The translations under genes and the position numbers were made by a program. From a virus, in the IMG/VR virus record IMGVR_UViG_3300050034_000403, positions 1 to 64,000 of that record: 64,000 nucleotides of DNA; one strand, written 5' to 3'. The notes under the pieces were generated by a model. It was not told where the DNA came from, ran no database searches, and worked only from the letters and a program-made list of their open reading frames with translations. Shown here piece after piece: positions 9,603 to 19,611 of this stretch (the stretch's first letter is position 1; every line of letters begins with the position of its first letter).

Positions 9603-10934
9603 TCAGTGGACAATGCAGACGGGGTCAGGATCGGAGCCTGTCCGATAGAGATCACCCGCCACAAGTCCCCCCGTGATAGCCGCCGCGTTATCGGCGTAGA
9701 CGGACAGGTTGGCAATATTTGGAATGCCAGGGATGATCGTATTGCCCGATGCGTCAAGCAGTGTAAGGCTGTGTACGATTGTGGTGAAGTCATTCGACCC
9801 AGAGTATTGCCGGACATAGATTGGCTCATCGCCATTATCAGCCGTGGCGATCTCCAGATAACCGGCATCAGAGTCTGTGACGCCAACCGCGATTCTTACC
9901 TTGTCAGTGCCCGAGAGGATGTCGCCCTCGACCAGCGTGAGCATCGCGTCTGTTCCCGACAGGCTGTTCAGTGTCTCCTTGGCGATAGCCACAGTGCCCG
10001 CTGTGATCTCCGACTCGACAAACGCCGTTGTCGCGATCTGCGTCGTATCCGTGCCAGCCGTCGCTGTTGGCGCGGTAGGTGTTCCCGTAAGCGCTGGTGA
10101 CGCCAGTGGCGCCAAAAGCGCCAGCTCATCCGACAATCCAGAAATATCGGCAATTGCCGGCTGAGAAAGTTGCGGAACACCATCGGTACTGATCGAGTTG
10201 ATCCACTCATGGCTAACGGCCGCAATGGCCTCCACACCACCCAACGTCGTAAGGGTGGGTGCTGGGATCACAGCGTTTACCGTGACCGCACCCACTCCAC
10301 TGGTGGGTGAAACCGTCACATTGGTTCCAGCAATAATCTGCGTGACCACGCCACCAACAAGCGGAACCAGCTCCGCCCAAAAATCCGTGCCGTCGTAAGC
10401 CACCGTCGCCGCACTACCCTGAGCAACAGGCATGGATGCAGCGGCAAGATTTCCCTGGTACGAAATCGTTCCATCGATCGGTGTCAGTGTCGCTGTGCCA
10501 GCACCAAAATTAAGGAAGACGGCATACCAAGGCACCGTGATTGCAGGGGCAGACGATCCAACGCTCAGTGTAACGGCAATCGCCGAAGCATCATCGAGAA
10601 TAATGAACTTGCCATAATCCGATTGCAACGTGGTGTAGGCCGTCACTCCTGTTTGATCGTTTACGTAGCCAATCGTGGTTGTCGCAGAATTGGTAACAAC
10701 CGTCTGCGTCCCCGTGGACGTACTGCTTGACGTGCTTGTACTCGAACTTGAACTCGAACTCGAACTTGTTGTTGACGTCGTCGCGGCTGTCAACTGGGTT
10801 TTCAAAGACGCGACGGCCTGATTCAAGTCAAGGATTCCCTGGAAGGCGTTGCGGTGCGCAACCTTTGCGCCATCGCTTTCGTTGGCAATCTCCGTTTCAA
10901 ACGGATAGCGAAATGATTCAAGATTGATTGTCAT
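9603..10934 (-). CDS. Tail fibre protein
   Basis: Contains classic LAPLASPALTGTPTAPT..GT.TTQIATTAFV fibre motif; N-terminal coiled coil plus poly-Ser/Thr linker. Confidence 0.75.
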   Translation of the reverse strand: MTINLESFRYPFETEIANESDGAKVAHRNAFQGILDLNQAVASLKTQLTAATTSTTSSSSSSSSSTSTSSSTSTGTQTVVTNSATTTIGYVNDQTGVTAYTTLQSDYGKFIILDDASAIAVTLSVGSSAPAITVPWYAVFLNFGAGTATLTPIDGTISYQGNLAAASMPVAQGSAATVAYDGTDFWAELVPLVGGVVTQIIAGTNVTVSPTSGVGAVTVNAVIPAPTLTTLGGVEAIAAVSHEWINSISTDGVPQLSQPAIADISGLSDELALLAPLASPALTGTPTAPTATAGTDTTQIATTAFVESEITAGTVAIAKETLNSLSGTDAMLTLVEGDILSGTDKVRIAVGVTDSDAGYLEIATADNGDEPIYVRQYSGSNDFTTIVHSLTLLDASGNTIIPGIPNIANLSVYADNAAAITGGLVAGDLYRTGSDPDPVCIVH

Positions 10935-11048
10935 TTTTGCTTAGCCTTCCAGATCGTGCATTTTGGGCATAAACCGTTCGGAGGCGGAGCGACTTGTATC
11001 GCTCCGCAGCGCGTGCATCGCCGTGCTGTAATCGTGATTTTCCCCACT

Positions 11049-14000
11049 CTATCCGCCTCCTCCACTTTCGGCAAAGGGCTGCACTTCCTTGTATTCCCCT
11101 GTCGATCCCCAGTCCTTTGTCTGCACAACAAAGCCTTCCACGTTGAGTTCGAACGGAGCTGTGGAAGTAAATTGGAACCACAGCAGCTTCCACTTGCTCG
11201 GGCCGCAAACAAGTTTCATTTTTGTCAGATCCCCGCCCGACGAGGGAATCGTGATCGCCGGTGGCCCATAGCTGCCGTTGTCCACATCCACCGCATAGCC
11301 TGTCAGCGTAATGGCAGAAGAAGACGAATATTCAACAATCAGAATCGGCCCCAGAGTCTGCCATCCCTTTCCACCAATCGCCGATGTTTGCACAATGGCG
11401 GTTCCGGTTTCTGTGCCGCTGCTGGCTAATTGCCGAATAGTTCCATCGTTGCAACCCACCAGCACTCCCTGCTGGTTCAATCCTTCGTTTGCGGCGTGGA
11501 TCGTCGCCGGCCATTCGTACACATCCCACACCCACCCCTGCGCATTGATGTCATAAACGAGGGTGTGCGGGTCTCCGTCGGTTCCGACGTAGTCGTAGTA
11601 CATGTAGCCGTTCTGAATGCTAAACTTTTGCAACTGCGGCTTCGTATCGTCGGGCGGATAAATTGTCACGCCTTGTCGCGTCACCGGCTGCGGCATGTTG
11701 GTGCCGCCATCCTCATCCTCATGCGGAAACAGCGATTCTAAATCCTGATCCGTAATCGACTTGGATGCACCGCCACCAGGCGAAACGTGAATTCCGTCAT
11801 CCACGCGGAAGAAGATAAGCCCTCCGCCCTCGATCGCCACGCAGCGAGGCATAAACAGCCCACGGTTGATGCTTGTGGCCTGCAAGGTCCAGGTTGATCC
11901 GGTAGTCCCCGTCACGGTAGCCAGCGAGTTGAAGAAGTTGGGCATGATCACCCATGCCCGCCGAATCGAGAACAGCACACCCCGGCCACCAGACATTGCG
12001 CCATTGACCAGAGGTTCACTCGGGTCAGTCACATCCATCTGGTTGGTATCTGGCGCCGCATCAAGATTCGATCCCGAGCACCAATAAAGCGTTCCAGGCC
12101 GCAGTGTATCGCCAACGCCAAAAGTGTAGTTGATGTTGTCTGTTGGGCCGAATTGATATGGCAACGGCTGGTTGGCTAAAATTGGTTCTGAAATCTCGTA
12201 GGCCAGATCGGTTCCGTCAGGAACATCCGGAATCGTAATCTCGTTGACAAAACCGTCAGGAACGACAATTCCCTTGTCCGTAAATGTCACGGTTCCGCTA
12301 ACCGTCGTGCCGCCCGTAGTGCTGAAGGTCGGAGTTATGCTGCCAGAAATTCCCGCAACTGTAACAAGCTGGTAATGGCCATTGGTATCTTCAATCACCC
12401 AGTTCAACGCAAATGCGGTCAAAGATGCAAAAGAACCAGCTGTGGGCCGCGCAATAAACGTATAGGCCAAAGAAGTCGGAGAACCAATCCGGATGATCGT
12501 TCCTGACAGCCAGCGTGTGTTAAATCCAGTGGCCGTTCCTCCAATCGCGCCTCCGCTCACCCAGGTAATCACGCTACCCGAAACCGAGCAAATGCCCTTC
12601 TGCGGCAGATCAATCGAGGGGAAAGGCTCATAGTTGGTGTAAACAAGTACGTCAGTGCCAAGCTCCGTATCCGTCAGCGAATCTGAAACCGGGGTATTTG
12701 TTCCGTCGCCTCCAAGATCGTCATTTGGCCCTGTGCAAACATACGTAAAATCCGTGATGGAGGTATCGACGCGGTAGTAGTCGACCTTATCGACCTGTGG
12801 GTCGTTGGACCAAAGCGATGTGATGGTGTTCGCGGTAACGGGAACAGCTTCTGCCGTCGATTCGGGCGAAGGATTGGAAGTTGCTCCCGTAGCGCTGGAG
12901 CGATACACATAGCGATACTGCACACTTTCCCGGACCTTGGAACTCAAGGGAAGAACAATTGACGGCGTAGTCACGCCAGCCGCCGTTGTTGAGGCAGTTG
13001 GAGACACCATCAAGAGGAGAATGCGGCCAGAATGGTACCAAAAGTCATAGTCAATCTCGATCGTATGAATCGCGGCGGCCGAAAAGTGCAGAACCACAGT
13101 CGTAACCGTGCATTGGCCAGCCTCGTTGTAATAAGTTCCGTCGTATTTCAACGGAGCAACGGGAAGAAGCGCAATACCACTTACCACCGAGATCGTTTGG
13201 CCATAGGAAGAAATCTGCGAGTCAGTCAGCGTGACAGTTCCTGCCACTGTTTCTTCGTTGCCGGTCATGTAGGTTGCTGTAGCCGAAACAACGGTGGGAC
13301 TTCCGCTGATACCCCAAATCGTTTGATCTTTGTTGGTCAGAACAAACTTGTAATATCCCGCTGCCGGAATGTAGATACTTCCAGTCAGGCAGAAGTTGAA
13401 GTTTGTATACGTCGTGCTGGTTGTGTATGTAGACGTAATGGGAGAGGCAAACACGGGGGTTTCACCTTCGACAACGCCCTCTGGGGTCAGCTCGAACCAC
13501 TCCATCGGAACCGTAATATCGCTGATGCCGCTGGAAATATCCACGCCCGGCAATCCTGGGATACCGGCAGCAAGAGCCGGAACCGCCGCCGTTCCAAACG
13601 ACGCATCGAAGATAAAAGAGTTCCCTGTCGTGCTTCCGTCCGCAGTGGACGTCGTACGAGTTGGTCCACTGCCCGCAGAATCGTCTGGATTTTTCCAGAT
13701 ATATGATCCTGTTTGGCCGGATGTCGGAGAATCCCCCCAGTAATAAAGCGTCATCGTGCTAAGAATGGATGTAACTGTTGGCAGTGCATTTGTCGTCACT
13801 GTCACCGTGATGCTAAAAGAGCCAGAATTATCGCTGAACGTGTTCCCTGTCGAGTTGATGCCGATTTGAAAATCCACGGCTGTCGAAGGGACATCAATCG
13901 CTATCGTCAACGTCCCGCCCACGTCAATGATGTTCTGTCGATAGAGCGGTGCGGCTCCGGCAGCAATCACATTGCCGTCTCCATCCGTAAATGCTCCGAT

Positions 14001-14858
14001 AATCACCGATGGCGTCGTCGTGGGAGGAGAGACTCCACCAGCAGGCTGCACATAGTACCCGGGGTTGGTTGGGGCCAGCGTCGGCCCCGTCGCCGTTGGA
14101 GTCGTGACCACGCTTCCGTTGATGATCACCGTGTCCGTGGGGTCTGGAATGGTAATCGTTATGGTCGTAGCATTTTCAACGTTGATCGTATACGGCGCAG
14201 TTCCGTCGACAGGTGCGGTGGTATTTGGATATCCTTCTGTCTCTCCGTAATCGAAGTCTGCATTTGTTCCCGTTGGATAGTTTGTCCAAGGAATCGCCGT
14301 TGCGTAGAGCACACCGGTTGTCGTAACGCTAGAATTTTCTGTGGAAACGGACGGAGCAAGTTGCGGCTCCTTGATGCCCGTTTTGTAGCAGACACCATCC
14401 GAGCGAATCTTCATCAGCCCGTTAGATGGAAAATCAACAGCGGTATGGCCACCGAGGGTATTGGTAATCAGGTATTCCGTTTCAAGAGTGACGGCTCCCT
14501 GTATAGCTGAATCACCCACATACATCCATGGCTGCACAGAAGTGTTGGGCCGAAACGGAATCTCGGAAACTGGATTGCCAGTTAGCCCTGTCGCTACAAC
14601 CGTGCTTCCGGAGTACATATTGGTTCCAGCACCGTTGATGAGCGTATAACCGTCCGATGGGCCATTGGGCGTGGAGTCGTTCAAGCGGCGAATTGAATGA
14701 ATGGCATCGGAAAGCGTAAAAAGCGCCGTTGTCAGCAAATTTCGGAAGTTGATGCTGCCAACCGAGTAGGAACGGATATTTTGGGCAATCGTCACCCGGC
14801 CGCTAGGCACTCTATTGGCTGGGTGGGTTAAGTCGACTCCGTGGAATTCAAGCGGCAT
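11049..14858 (-). CDS. Tail tubular/nozzle-like protein with inserted putative lectin-like domains
   Basis: 1269 aa, beta-rich; C-terminal propeller-like part (LYWCS, IFFRVDDGIH, WVWDVY); PA14-like and LecA-like segments. Confidence 0.55.
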   Translation of the reverse strand: MPLEFHGVDLTHPANRVPSGRVTIAQNIRSYSVGSINFRNLLTTALFTLSDAIHSIRRLNDSTPNGPSDGYTLINGAGTNMYSGSTVVATGLTGNPVSEIPFRPNTSVQPWMYVGDSAIQGAVTLETEYLITNTLGGHTAVDFPSNGLMKIRSDGVCYKTGIKEPQLAPSVSTENSSVTTTGVLYATAIPWTNYPTGTNADFDYGETEGYPNTTAPVDGTAPYTINVENATTITITIPDPTDTVIINGSVVTTPTATGPTLAPTNPGYYVQPAGGVSPPTTTPSVIIGAFTDGDGNVIAAGAAPLYRQNIIDVGGTLTIAIDVPSTAVDFQIGINSTGNTFSDNSGSFSITVTVTTNALPTVTSILSTMTLYYWGDSPTSGQTGSYIWKNPDDSAGSGPTRTTSTADGSTTGNSFIFDASFGTAAVPALAAGIPGLPGVDISSGISDITVPMEWFELTPEGVVEGETPVFASPITSTYTTSTTYTNFNFCLTGSIYIPAAGYYKFVLTNKDQTIWGISGSPTVVSATATYMTGNEETVAGTVTLTDSQISSYGQTISVVSGIALLPVAPLKYDGTYYNEAGQCTVTTVVLHFSAAAIHTIEIDYDFWYHSGRILLLMVSPTASTTAAGVTTPSIVLPLSSKVRESVQYRYVYRSSATGATSNPSPESTAEAVPVTANTITSLWSNDPQVDKVDYYRVDTSITDFTYVCTGPNDDLGGDGTNTPVSDSLTDTELGTDVLVYTNYEPFPSIDLPQKGICSVSGSVITWVSGGAIGGTATGFNTRWLSGTIIRIGSPTSLAYTFIARPTAGSFASLTAFALNWVIEDTNGHYQLVTVAGISGSITPTFSTTGGTTVSGTVTFTDKGIVVPDGFVNEITIPDVPDGTDLAYEISEPILANQPLPYQFGPTDNINYTFGVGDTLRPGTLYWCSGSNLDAAPDTNQMDVTDPSEPLVNGAMSGGRGVLFSIRRAWVIMPNFFNSLATVTGTTGSTWTLQATSINRGLFMPRCVAIEGGGLIFFRVDDGIHVSPGGGASKSITDQDLESLFPHEDEDGGTNMPQPVTRQGVTIYPPDDTKPQLQKFSIQNGYMYYDYVGTDGDPHTLVYDINAQGWVWDVYEWPATIHAANEGLNQQGVLVGCNDGTIRQLASSGTETGTAIVQTSAIGGKGWQTLGPILIVEYSSSSAITLTGYAVDVDNGSYGPPAITIPSSGGDLTKMKLVCGPSKWKLLWFQFTSTAPFELNVEGFVVQTKDWGSTGEYKEVQPFAESGGGG

Positions 14859-15597
14859 GTACCCTCCCCCTAAAATCCATCACCTTAGTGCGCTTTCTGG
14901 AGTTACACGAGCGACACAGCGGTTGAATATTGTCGATGTTTGACGTTCCGCCTAAAGACACTGGAACGATATGGTCAACCGTCAGCTTTACGTCGCTTCT
15001 TCCACACCACAAGCAGCGATGCCCGTATGAATCAAGCAACGCGTTCCATTCTTCTGCCGTATAAGCCCCTCCAGCGTTTGACTTTTTGGTGCGACGGCGC
15101 TGCTCCTTGGCAAGATACTTCGCCGGATTGCGCCTATAAAATTCTCGGTTTTTCTGGCGAACCTCCTCTGGGTGCTGTGCGCAGTATCTTGCGCGCCATT
15201 CTCGTGCTCTTTTATTACCTTTCGCGCGATGACTTATCCGATACTCTCTGTCCTTTTCAGGATGATTTTTGTGGTACGCCCGTTCCCTGTCACAAATCGC
15301 GTCTCTATTCTGAATGTGGTAAGAACGGACATACTCCTGTACCTTGTCCAGATGTTTTTCGCGATAGGTGTGCGTATACTCTGCAAATTTGCTGCGATGG
15401 CTTTTGGCCCATTGCGCATTTTTTTCCAACACCTTTTCGCGGTTGCGCTGATAGAACCGGCGATAAGAAGAACGTCTTTGTTCTCGCCTTCTCTCCGTGT
15501 CCGGTCGGGCGTGCTCCCGGCACTTTGCGCTGCAATACTTTGGGGGCCGTCCACGAGCAGCCGCCTTAAATTCTTTTTTGCATTCTTGGCAAATCAT
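14848..15597 (-). CDS. HNH endonuclease
   Basis: C-terminal CLWCG...LTVDHIVPVSLGG...NIQPLCRSCNSRK; N-terminal CxxC...CSxxC; basic repeats. Confidence 0.9.
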   Translation of the reverse strand: MICQECKKEFKAAARGRPPKYCSAKCREHARPDTERRREQRRSSYRRFYQRNREKVLEKNAQWAKSHRSKFAEYTHTYREKHLDKVQEYVRSYHIQNRDAICDRERAYHKNHPEKDREYRISHRAKGNKRAREWRARYCAQHPEEVRQKNREFYRRNPAKYLAKEQRRRTKKSNAGGAYTAEEWNALLDSYGHRCLWCGRSDVKLTVDHIVPVSLGGTSNIDNIQPLCRSCNSRKRTKVMDFRGRVHAA

Positions 15598-15625
15598 GCC
15601 CCGACGTCGCTCCCAAAAAACGCAT

Positions 15626-15701
15626 AAAAACAGCAATGGCCCAAAACCATCGCTGGTCTTGAGCCATTGCTTGTTCCCGCGTAGCGGGAGGCATGTTGCT
15701 C
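15626..15701 (-). ncRNA. Conserved late-leader attenuator-like RNA, copy B
   Basis: 18-bp stem AGCAAUGGCUCAAGACCA/UGGUUUUGGGCCAUUGCU with GCGA loop then GUUUUU; upstream GAGC-AA-CAUGC plus inner hairpin. Confidence 0.8.
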
Positions 15702-15714
15702 GTGTTCTGAACGC

Positions 15715-15743
15715 ATAGTAGGCGATTTTGTCTTTAATGGCAA
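15715..15743 (-). promoter_or_regulatory. sigma70-like promoter feeding leader copy B
   Basis: TTGCCA-17-TACTAT. Confidence 0.6.
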
Positions 15744-15753
15744 TGCTAATCGC

Positions 15754-15782
15754 TTGACATATTTATGATCGGGTGATAACGT
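15754..15782 (+). promoter_or_regulatory. sigma70-like promoter of TumE-like TA pair
   Basis: TTGACA-17-TAACGT just upstream of ATG 15789. Confidence 0.55.
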
Positions 15783-15788
15783 ACAGGA

Positions 15789-16154
15789 ATGACGAAACCA
15801 GACGCAGGCATTGATGCGTTGCTGCTGCTGGATGGTGAGAGTTTTGTCGCAGATGCAAAAGGCATTTGCTGGGTGAAATTTGAGGTAAAGCAGGTAGTGG
15901 CTTCACCTGAACGTCCGCACGGTTTGCGCTATTCGCTCACGCTACACGACAAAGACGGAACGCGATTGTTGGGATTTGACAATGCCCATCCGATTCATGA
16001 AACTTCCGGCCCAGGCGCACGAACTTTTATCGAATACGATCACAAGCACAGCGGGAAAAGAATTCGATTCTATCCCTACACGGATGCAGCAACACTGATG
16101 GCCGATTTTTGGACAGAAGTTGAAGCCATCTTGCAAAAAAGGAGCACACCATGA
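15789..16154 (+). CDS. DUF6516/TumE-family putative toxin
   Basis: RPHGLRYSLTLH...RLLGFDNAH, YDHKH, L..DFW.EV motifs. Confidence 0.75.
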   Translation: MTKPDAGIDALLLLDGESFVADAKGICWVKFEVKQVVASPERPHGLRYSLTLHDKDGTRLLGFDNAHPIHETSGPGARTFIEYDHKHSGKRIRFYPYTDAATLMADFWTEVEAILQKRSTP

Positions 16155-16507
16155 CTACTTTGAAAATTGGAATTGCCAGCCTCGAACAGTACAAAAAGCG
16201 GACAATGGATATCGTGTGCGGACAGTACGTTCCAAGTCCACAAGAACCGAAGGTATGGTTTCAGTCTCTTGAAACAATGGCTCAGGTTTTGTCCGATAAA
16301 AATCGGGCTCTTCTGGCGTTAATCGTAAAAACACAACCGGAGTCGCTTACGGAACTCGCGACACAGACGGGTCGTGCCAAGTCAAATCTTTCCAGAACGC
16401 TTAAAACAATGCAGCAATATGGTTTAATTCGTTTTGAAAAAAGGCCGGGACGTCAACTTGCTCCACGAACCAATTATTCCCGTGTCGAACTGGAGATGAC
16501 TTTTTAG
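16151..16507 (+). CDS. Winged-HTH antitoxin-like regulator (HVO_A0114-like)
   Basis: P.VWF.S...AQVLS..NR.LL..I....P.S..ELA..TGR..SNLSRTLK; ATGA overlap with toxin. Confidence 0.75.
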   Translation: MTTLKIGIASLEQYKKRTMDIVCGQYVPSPQEPKVWFQSLETMAQVLSDKNRALLALIVKTQPESLTELATQTGRAKSNLSRTLKTMQQYGLIRFEKRPGRQLAPRTNYSRVELEMTF

Positions 16508-17820
16508 CCCTGCTTTTGCTGGTTCGCGGAGTTGTACCGCTCCTGGTTAAAATCTTGCGCCTGTCCGCGCTGCACCAGAATGTCGCTGAAGCTGCCCGTG
16601 CTCTTGAGCCGAGAGTTCTCCGCAGAGCACGCTTGAATGGCGCGCGACTCCAGCGCCAACGCCTGTTGAAACTCTGCGCCGCCCAGCTTAAAGCAGGCCA
16701 TGCTCTGCGCCAAATCGAGCACCGCATCCCAGTTGCTGCGGGATACCTGCACGTAGTCCGCATCCAGCGTCGGCACCGGCGCATTGGCCAGCACGGTCAA
16801 TCCGATACCGCTCGACGTTGGAGCTGCCAGAAAATCGATGCCACCCAACACGATGCAAGGTCCAAAGCTGGTAGGTGTTGAATCCCATTCCGGCATGTAG
16901 CGATCCATCGCTGCAATCGAGGGCATATCGCAGGCAACGTTATTCACTCTCCCCAGCATCGCCCAAGGCGTCTTCAGCAGCAGATTCAACCCATCCTGGT
17001 AGCGCCGCAGGCAGTAGGCCGATCGTTCCTGATCTGTGGCTTCGGGCTCTCTTCCCAGCAGATCGGCGATCGCTCCCCACTCCAATGCCCAGGCAAAGTC
17101 ATTGGGAATGCCCAGCAGCGCCGCCGTGGGAGGGCTGAAGGCCGCGCCCGACTGCAGCACGACTGCTTCATACGTCCCCGGCTGGTTGGGAGGCACATCG
17201 ACATCCCAAGAAAGCGGCGGCTCGGAGGAAAGGCTGAAGGTCTGCGGCGTTCCGGAGTTTTGTTGATAAAGCGGCGGTTCGTAAAACTCCTGCGCCACTG
17301 TGTCGTCGCGATAAAGCGTGTTGGGCGAACCAGTCACAGGGATGTAGCGCACACGTTCCACGTCGATCACCGTATCGGGCAGCGTCGTCCGTCGCGTGTT
17401 TGCCATCACTTTGATGTTGGCCAGCAAGTTTTGGTTGCAATTTGAAACTTGCAGCATCTCATCGCGGCGCCGCTGCAATGCCTGAGCAAAATCGCTGATG
17501 GTGAATTGTGTCGTCCCAGTCCACGTTCCTCCGGTAGGCGGCTCCAGCAGCATGTATTCCATCATCGTGAACGCGTCATTGCAGGTCAGCGTGCGCACTC
17601 GCGGAGAGGTGGTCAAAAGTCCCAGCGAGTTCCACAAAGACGAGGAATTGTAGATAAAGTCATTTTTCCAGGTAAAAGTCAGGGCATTGAATTCGCGCAG
17701 CGCTTGCTTGATGTACAAGCCATTCTCAGCGTCTGTCCAAAACACATTTGAGCTATCAGCCAGCCGGGAGGCTAGTTGTTGCCGTGCTGTCACGTAGGTC
17801 AGCCAACTGTACGAAGCCAT
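16504..17820 (-). CDS. Head-tail adaptor / tail tubular protein A-like
   Basis: 438 aa, W...EN..YI..A.REF N-terminus typical of adaptors; synteny. Confidence 0.5.
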   Translation of the reverse strand: MASYSWLTYVTARQQLASRLADSSNVFWTDAENGLYIKQALREFNALTFTWKNDFIYNSSSLWNSLGLLTTSPRVRTLTCNDAFTMMEYMLLEPPTGGTWTGTTQFTISDFAQALQRRRDEMLQVSNCNQNLLANIKVMANTRRTTLPDTVIDVERVRYIPVTGSPNTLYRDDTVAQEFYEPPLYQQNSGTPQTFSLSSEPPLSWDVDVPPNQPGTYEAVVLQSGAAFSPPTAALLGIPNDFAWALEWGAIADLLGREPEATDQERSAYCLRRYQDGLNLLLKTPWAMLGRVNNVACDMPSIAAMDRYMPEWDSTPTSFGPCIVLGGIDFLAAPTSSGIGLTVLANAPVPTLDADYVQVSRSNWDAVLDLAQSMACFKLGGAEFQQALALESRAIQACSAENSRLKSTGSFSDILVQRGQAQDFNQERYNSANQQKQG

Positions 17821-17823
17821 TCA

Positions 17824-18105
17824 TCACCGTTTGCTTGTTGCGATCTTGCTCTTGCCTTTTTTGCCTTTGCCTTTTTTGCCCTTTGCCTTGGGGCCACAGC
17901 TTTCGATGTGCGCCGAGGCAATCCGAAGCGCCGCTGCATGATCTGGGGCAACAAAAGTCTTACTGACGTACGAGCTGCCGGGGCCACTGCCTTCACTGCT
18001 CGTGTGCACAATGAAGCCGTTCTCCGCGCTATCAATCGACGTTGTCACTCTGCCAGATCTGCCACCCATACTGGGGGATGCTGCTTCCGCTTTCTTCTTC
18101 GCCAT
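17824..18105 (-). CDS. Small basic protein with KGKKGKGKKGK tail
   Basis: GAGGTG SD; directly downstream of leader copy C. Confidence 0.65.
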   Translation of the reverse strand: MAKKKAEAASPSMGGRSGRVTTSIDSAENGFIVHTSSEGSGPGSSYVSKTFVAPDHAAALRIASAHIESCGPKAKGKKGKGKKGKSKIATSKR

Positions 18106-18123
18106 CTCTCACCTCTTCGACGC

Positions 18124-18204
18124 AAAAACAGCAATGGCCCAAAACCATCGCTGGTCTTGAGCCATTGCTTGTTCCCCCCCATGTAGGAGAAGGCATGTTG
18201 CTCA
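18124..18204 (-). ncRNA. Conserved late-leader attenuator-like RNA, copy C
   Basis: Same terminator stem as copy B; inner hairpin UUCUCCU-ACAU-GGGGGGG; promoter TTGTCA-18-CATAAT at 18247-18218. Confidence 0.8.
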
Positions 18205-18230
18205 GTGATTCTGCATCATTATGTTCGCAA

Positions 18231-18425
18231 TCATCTCTTGCTGACAACCCTTTTTTGGCGCCCGCGCTTCTTCGTCTTGCCTTTCTGCGGGCCGATTTTT
18301 CCTTCACGCCGCAAATAGCTTAAAAGGATCGCTTTCGCCTGACTCTTGTTCCGTACAATCTTGCCGCCTTTGCCAGAGTGCAGCTTGTGCTTGCGGAACA
18401 ATCCCATGATCTCGCTGGATGGCAT
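18231..18425 (-). CDS. Small basic protein
   Basis: M.LFRKHKLHSGKGGKIV.NK.QA.AI.LS motif common in phage late regions; K/R tail. Confidence 0.65.
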   Translation of the reverse strand: MPSSEIMGLFRKHKLHSGKGGKIVRNKSQAKAILLSYLRREGKIGPQKGKTKKRGRQKRVVSKR

Positions 18426-18442
18426 GAGTTTCCCCTTTCGCA

Positions 18443-18481
18443 GAGCCATTGCTGGTTCCCTTAAAGGGGGGCATGCCGCTC
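18443..18481 (-). ncRNA. Partial leader RNA copy D (5' domain only, no terminator)
   Basis: GAGC-GG-CAUGCCCCCCUUUAAGGGAACCAGCAAUGGCUC then diverges. Confidence 0.6.
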
Positions 18482-18495
18482 GGCATCAGAAATTG

Positions 18496-18580
18496 TTGTG
18501 CGGCTGGCCAGGATTCCCACCTGGCAGGGGGTTATAGGCATCTAAGCCCGCCCCGCGCTGCTCAAAGCACAGCCGCGCAA
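18496..18580 (-). ncRNA. tRNA-like cloverleaf, non-canonical
   Basis: Closing stem UUGCGCGGCUG/CAGCCGCACAA, small hairpin, extended central arm, T-arm-like GCCAGG-UGGGAAU-CCUGGC. Confidence 0.4.
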
Positions 18581-18584
18581 GCTA

Positions 18585-19127
18585 CTACAGCTTCACCTTA
18601 TCGAGAATGCCAAGTCCATTCGCGAGGTTATCCCATTGCGCTTTGTATGCGCCCACCTTGCTTTGCAAGAAGTGCGGATTCTTCAACGGCACCACACCGC
18701 GATGCGGATTGGCCTCAGCCAGAGCCTTTACCTTTACCGTTGTCACGCTGGTTTTCACAAACGTAGTCAGAACCGTTTCAATCGCTGAAACCAGCAGATC
18801 GATCAGCGCCGAGTAGGAAGACGTGACCGGGATAACCGCCAAAACCGCCTCCAGCGTGTCCAGAGCGCTCACCACAACATCGACGGCAGTGCTGCTATCC
18901 CAATTGCTCTCTGTTGCCTTCAGAGAGGTAATGGCATCCACCAAGGTGGTATACCAGCTATCGCTCGAACTCGACAACGCCAGAATCTTCTCGGCCGACT
19001 CAAGAACGGCGTTCAAGTACGACTTCAAAGTCGACAAGTCGCAACCTTCCACAGCAAGCAGCGAGGGAGACGCAAGCACCGCCACGCCGCCGATTCCCGA
19101 AGACATCAAGAATTTTCTGCGATTCAT
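18585..19127 (-). CDS. Tat-signal putative lipoprotein
   Basis: MNRRKFL twin-arginine motif, hydrophobic stretch, VEGC lipobox-like; AAGGAG SD. Confidence 0.6.
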   Translation of the reverse strand: MNRRKFLMSSGIGGVAVLASPSLLAVEGCDLSTLKSYLNAVLESAEKILALSSSSDSWYTTLVDAITSLKATESNWDSSTAVDVVVSALDTLEAVLAVIPVTSSYSALIDLLVSAIETVLTTFVKTSVTTVKVKALAEANPHRGVVPLKNPHFLQSKVGAYKAQWDNLANGLGILDKVKL

Positions 19128-19136
19128 GTTTCTCCT

Positions 19137-19595
19137 TTATCCCAAAACCGGCCCAAACATCGCCAATGAAACAATCAGGCTATCGTTCGGGGTAAACGCG
19201 TTGATGGTTGTTCCCAGCTTCCCAATCAAGTGCCCCGCTTCCAAGGTCGCGGCCCACAGTTCGCTGCATATCCAGGAAGAGCCCTTGTGCCAATCCCTAT
19301 TCAGCAAAATTCCTGCGATGTTGGTCAGGTCATATGGTTTCCCAACCTGCCAAGAAAGGAAGTCCATCGCGCTGGTGTACTGCTCATCCGTGCATTGGGC
19401 TTGGAAACGATAATCCACAGCGCATTTTTCAAGTGGACGGATCGCCACTCCGCCATCCAGATGCGCACCGATGGTTTGTGTTCCATCCGGCAGAATGAAT
19501 TCGACATGGCTTACTTGTCCACGGGAGATAAATCGGATGCAGTCAGAAACCACATCGTCCGCCGTCACAAGTCGCCATTGAAGAATTTTGCTCAT
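19137..19595 (-). CDS. Permuted papain-like amidase (YiiX/YaeF-like)
   Basis: SHVE...GKPYD...WICSEL: His before Cys. Confidence 0.75.
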   Translation of the reverse strand: MSKILQWRLVTADDVVSDCIRFISRGQVSHVEFILPDGTQTIGAHLDGGVAIRPLEKCAVDYRFQAQCTDEQYTSAMDFLSWQVGKPYDLTNIAGILLNRDWHKGSSWICSELWAATLEAGHLIGKLGTTINAFTPNDSLIVSLAMFGPVLG

Positions 19596-19611
19596 TCCCC
19601 TCACTCGCCGA

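Noticed and set aside
10735-10770. GAACTC/GAACTT hexamer tandem
   Set aside because: Simply encodes a poly-Ser linker in the tail fibre
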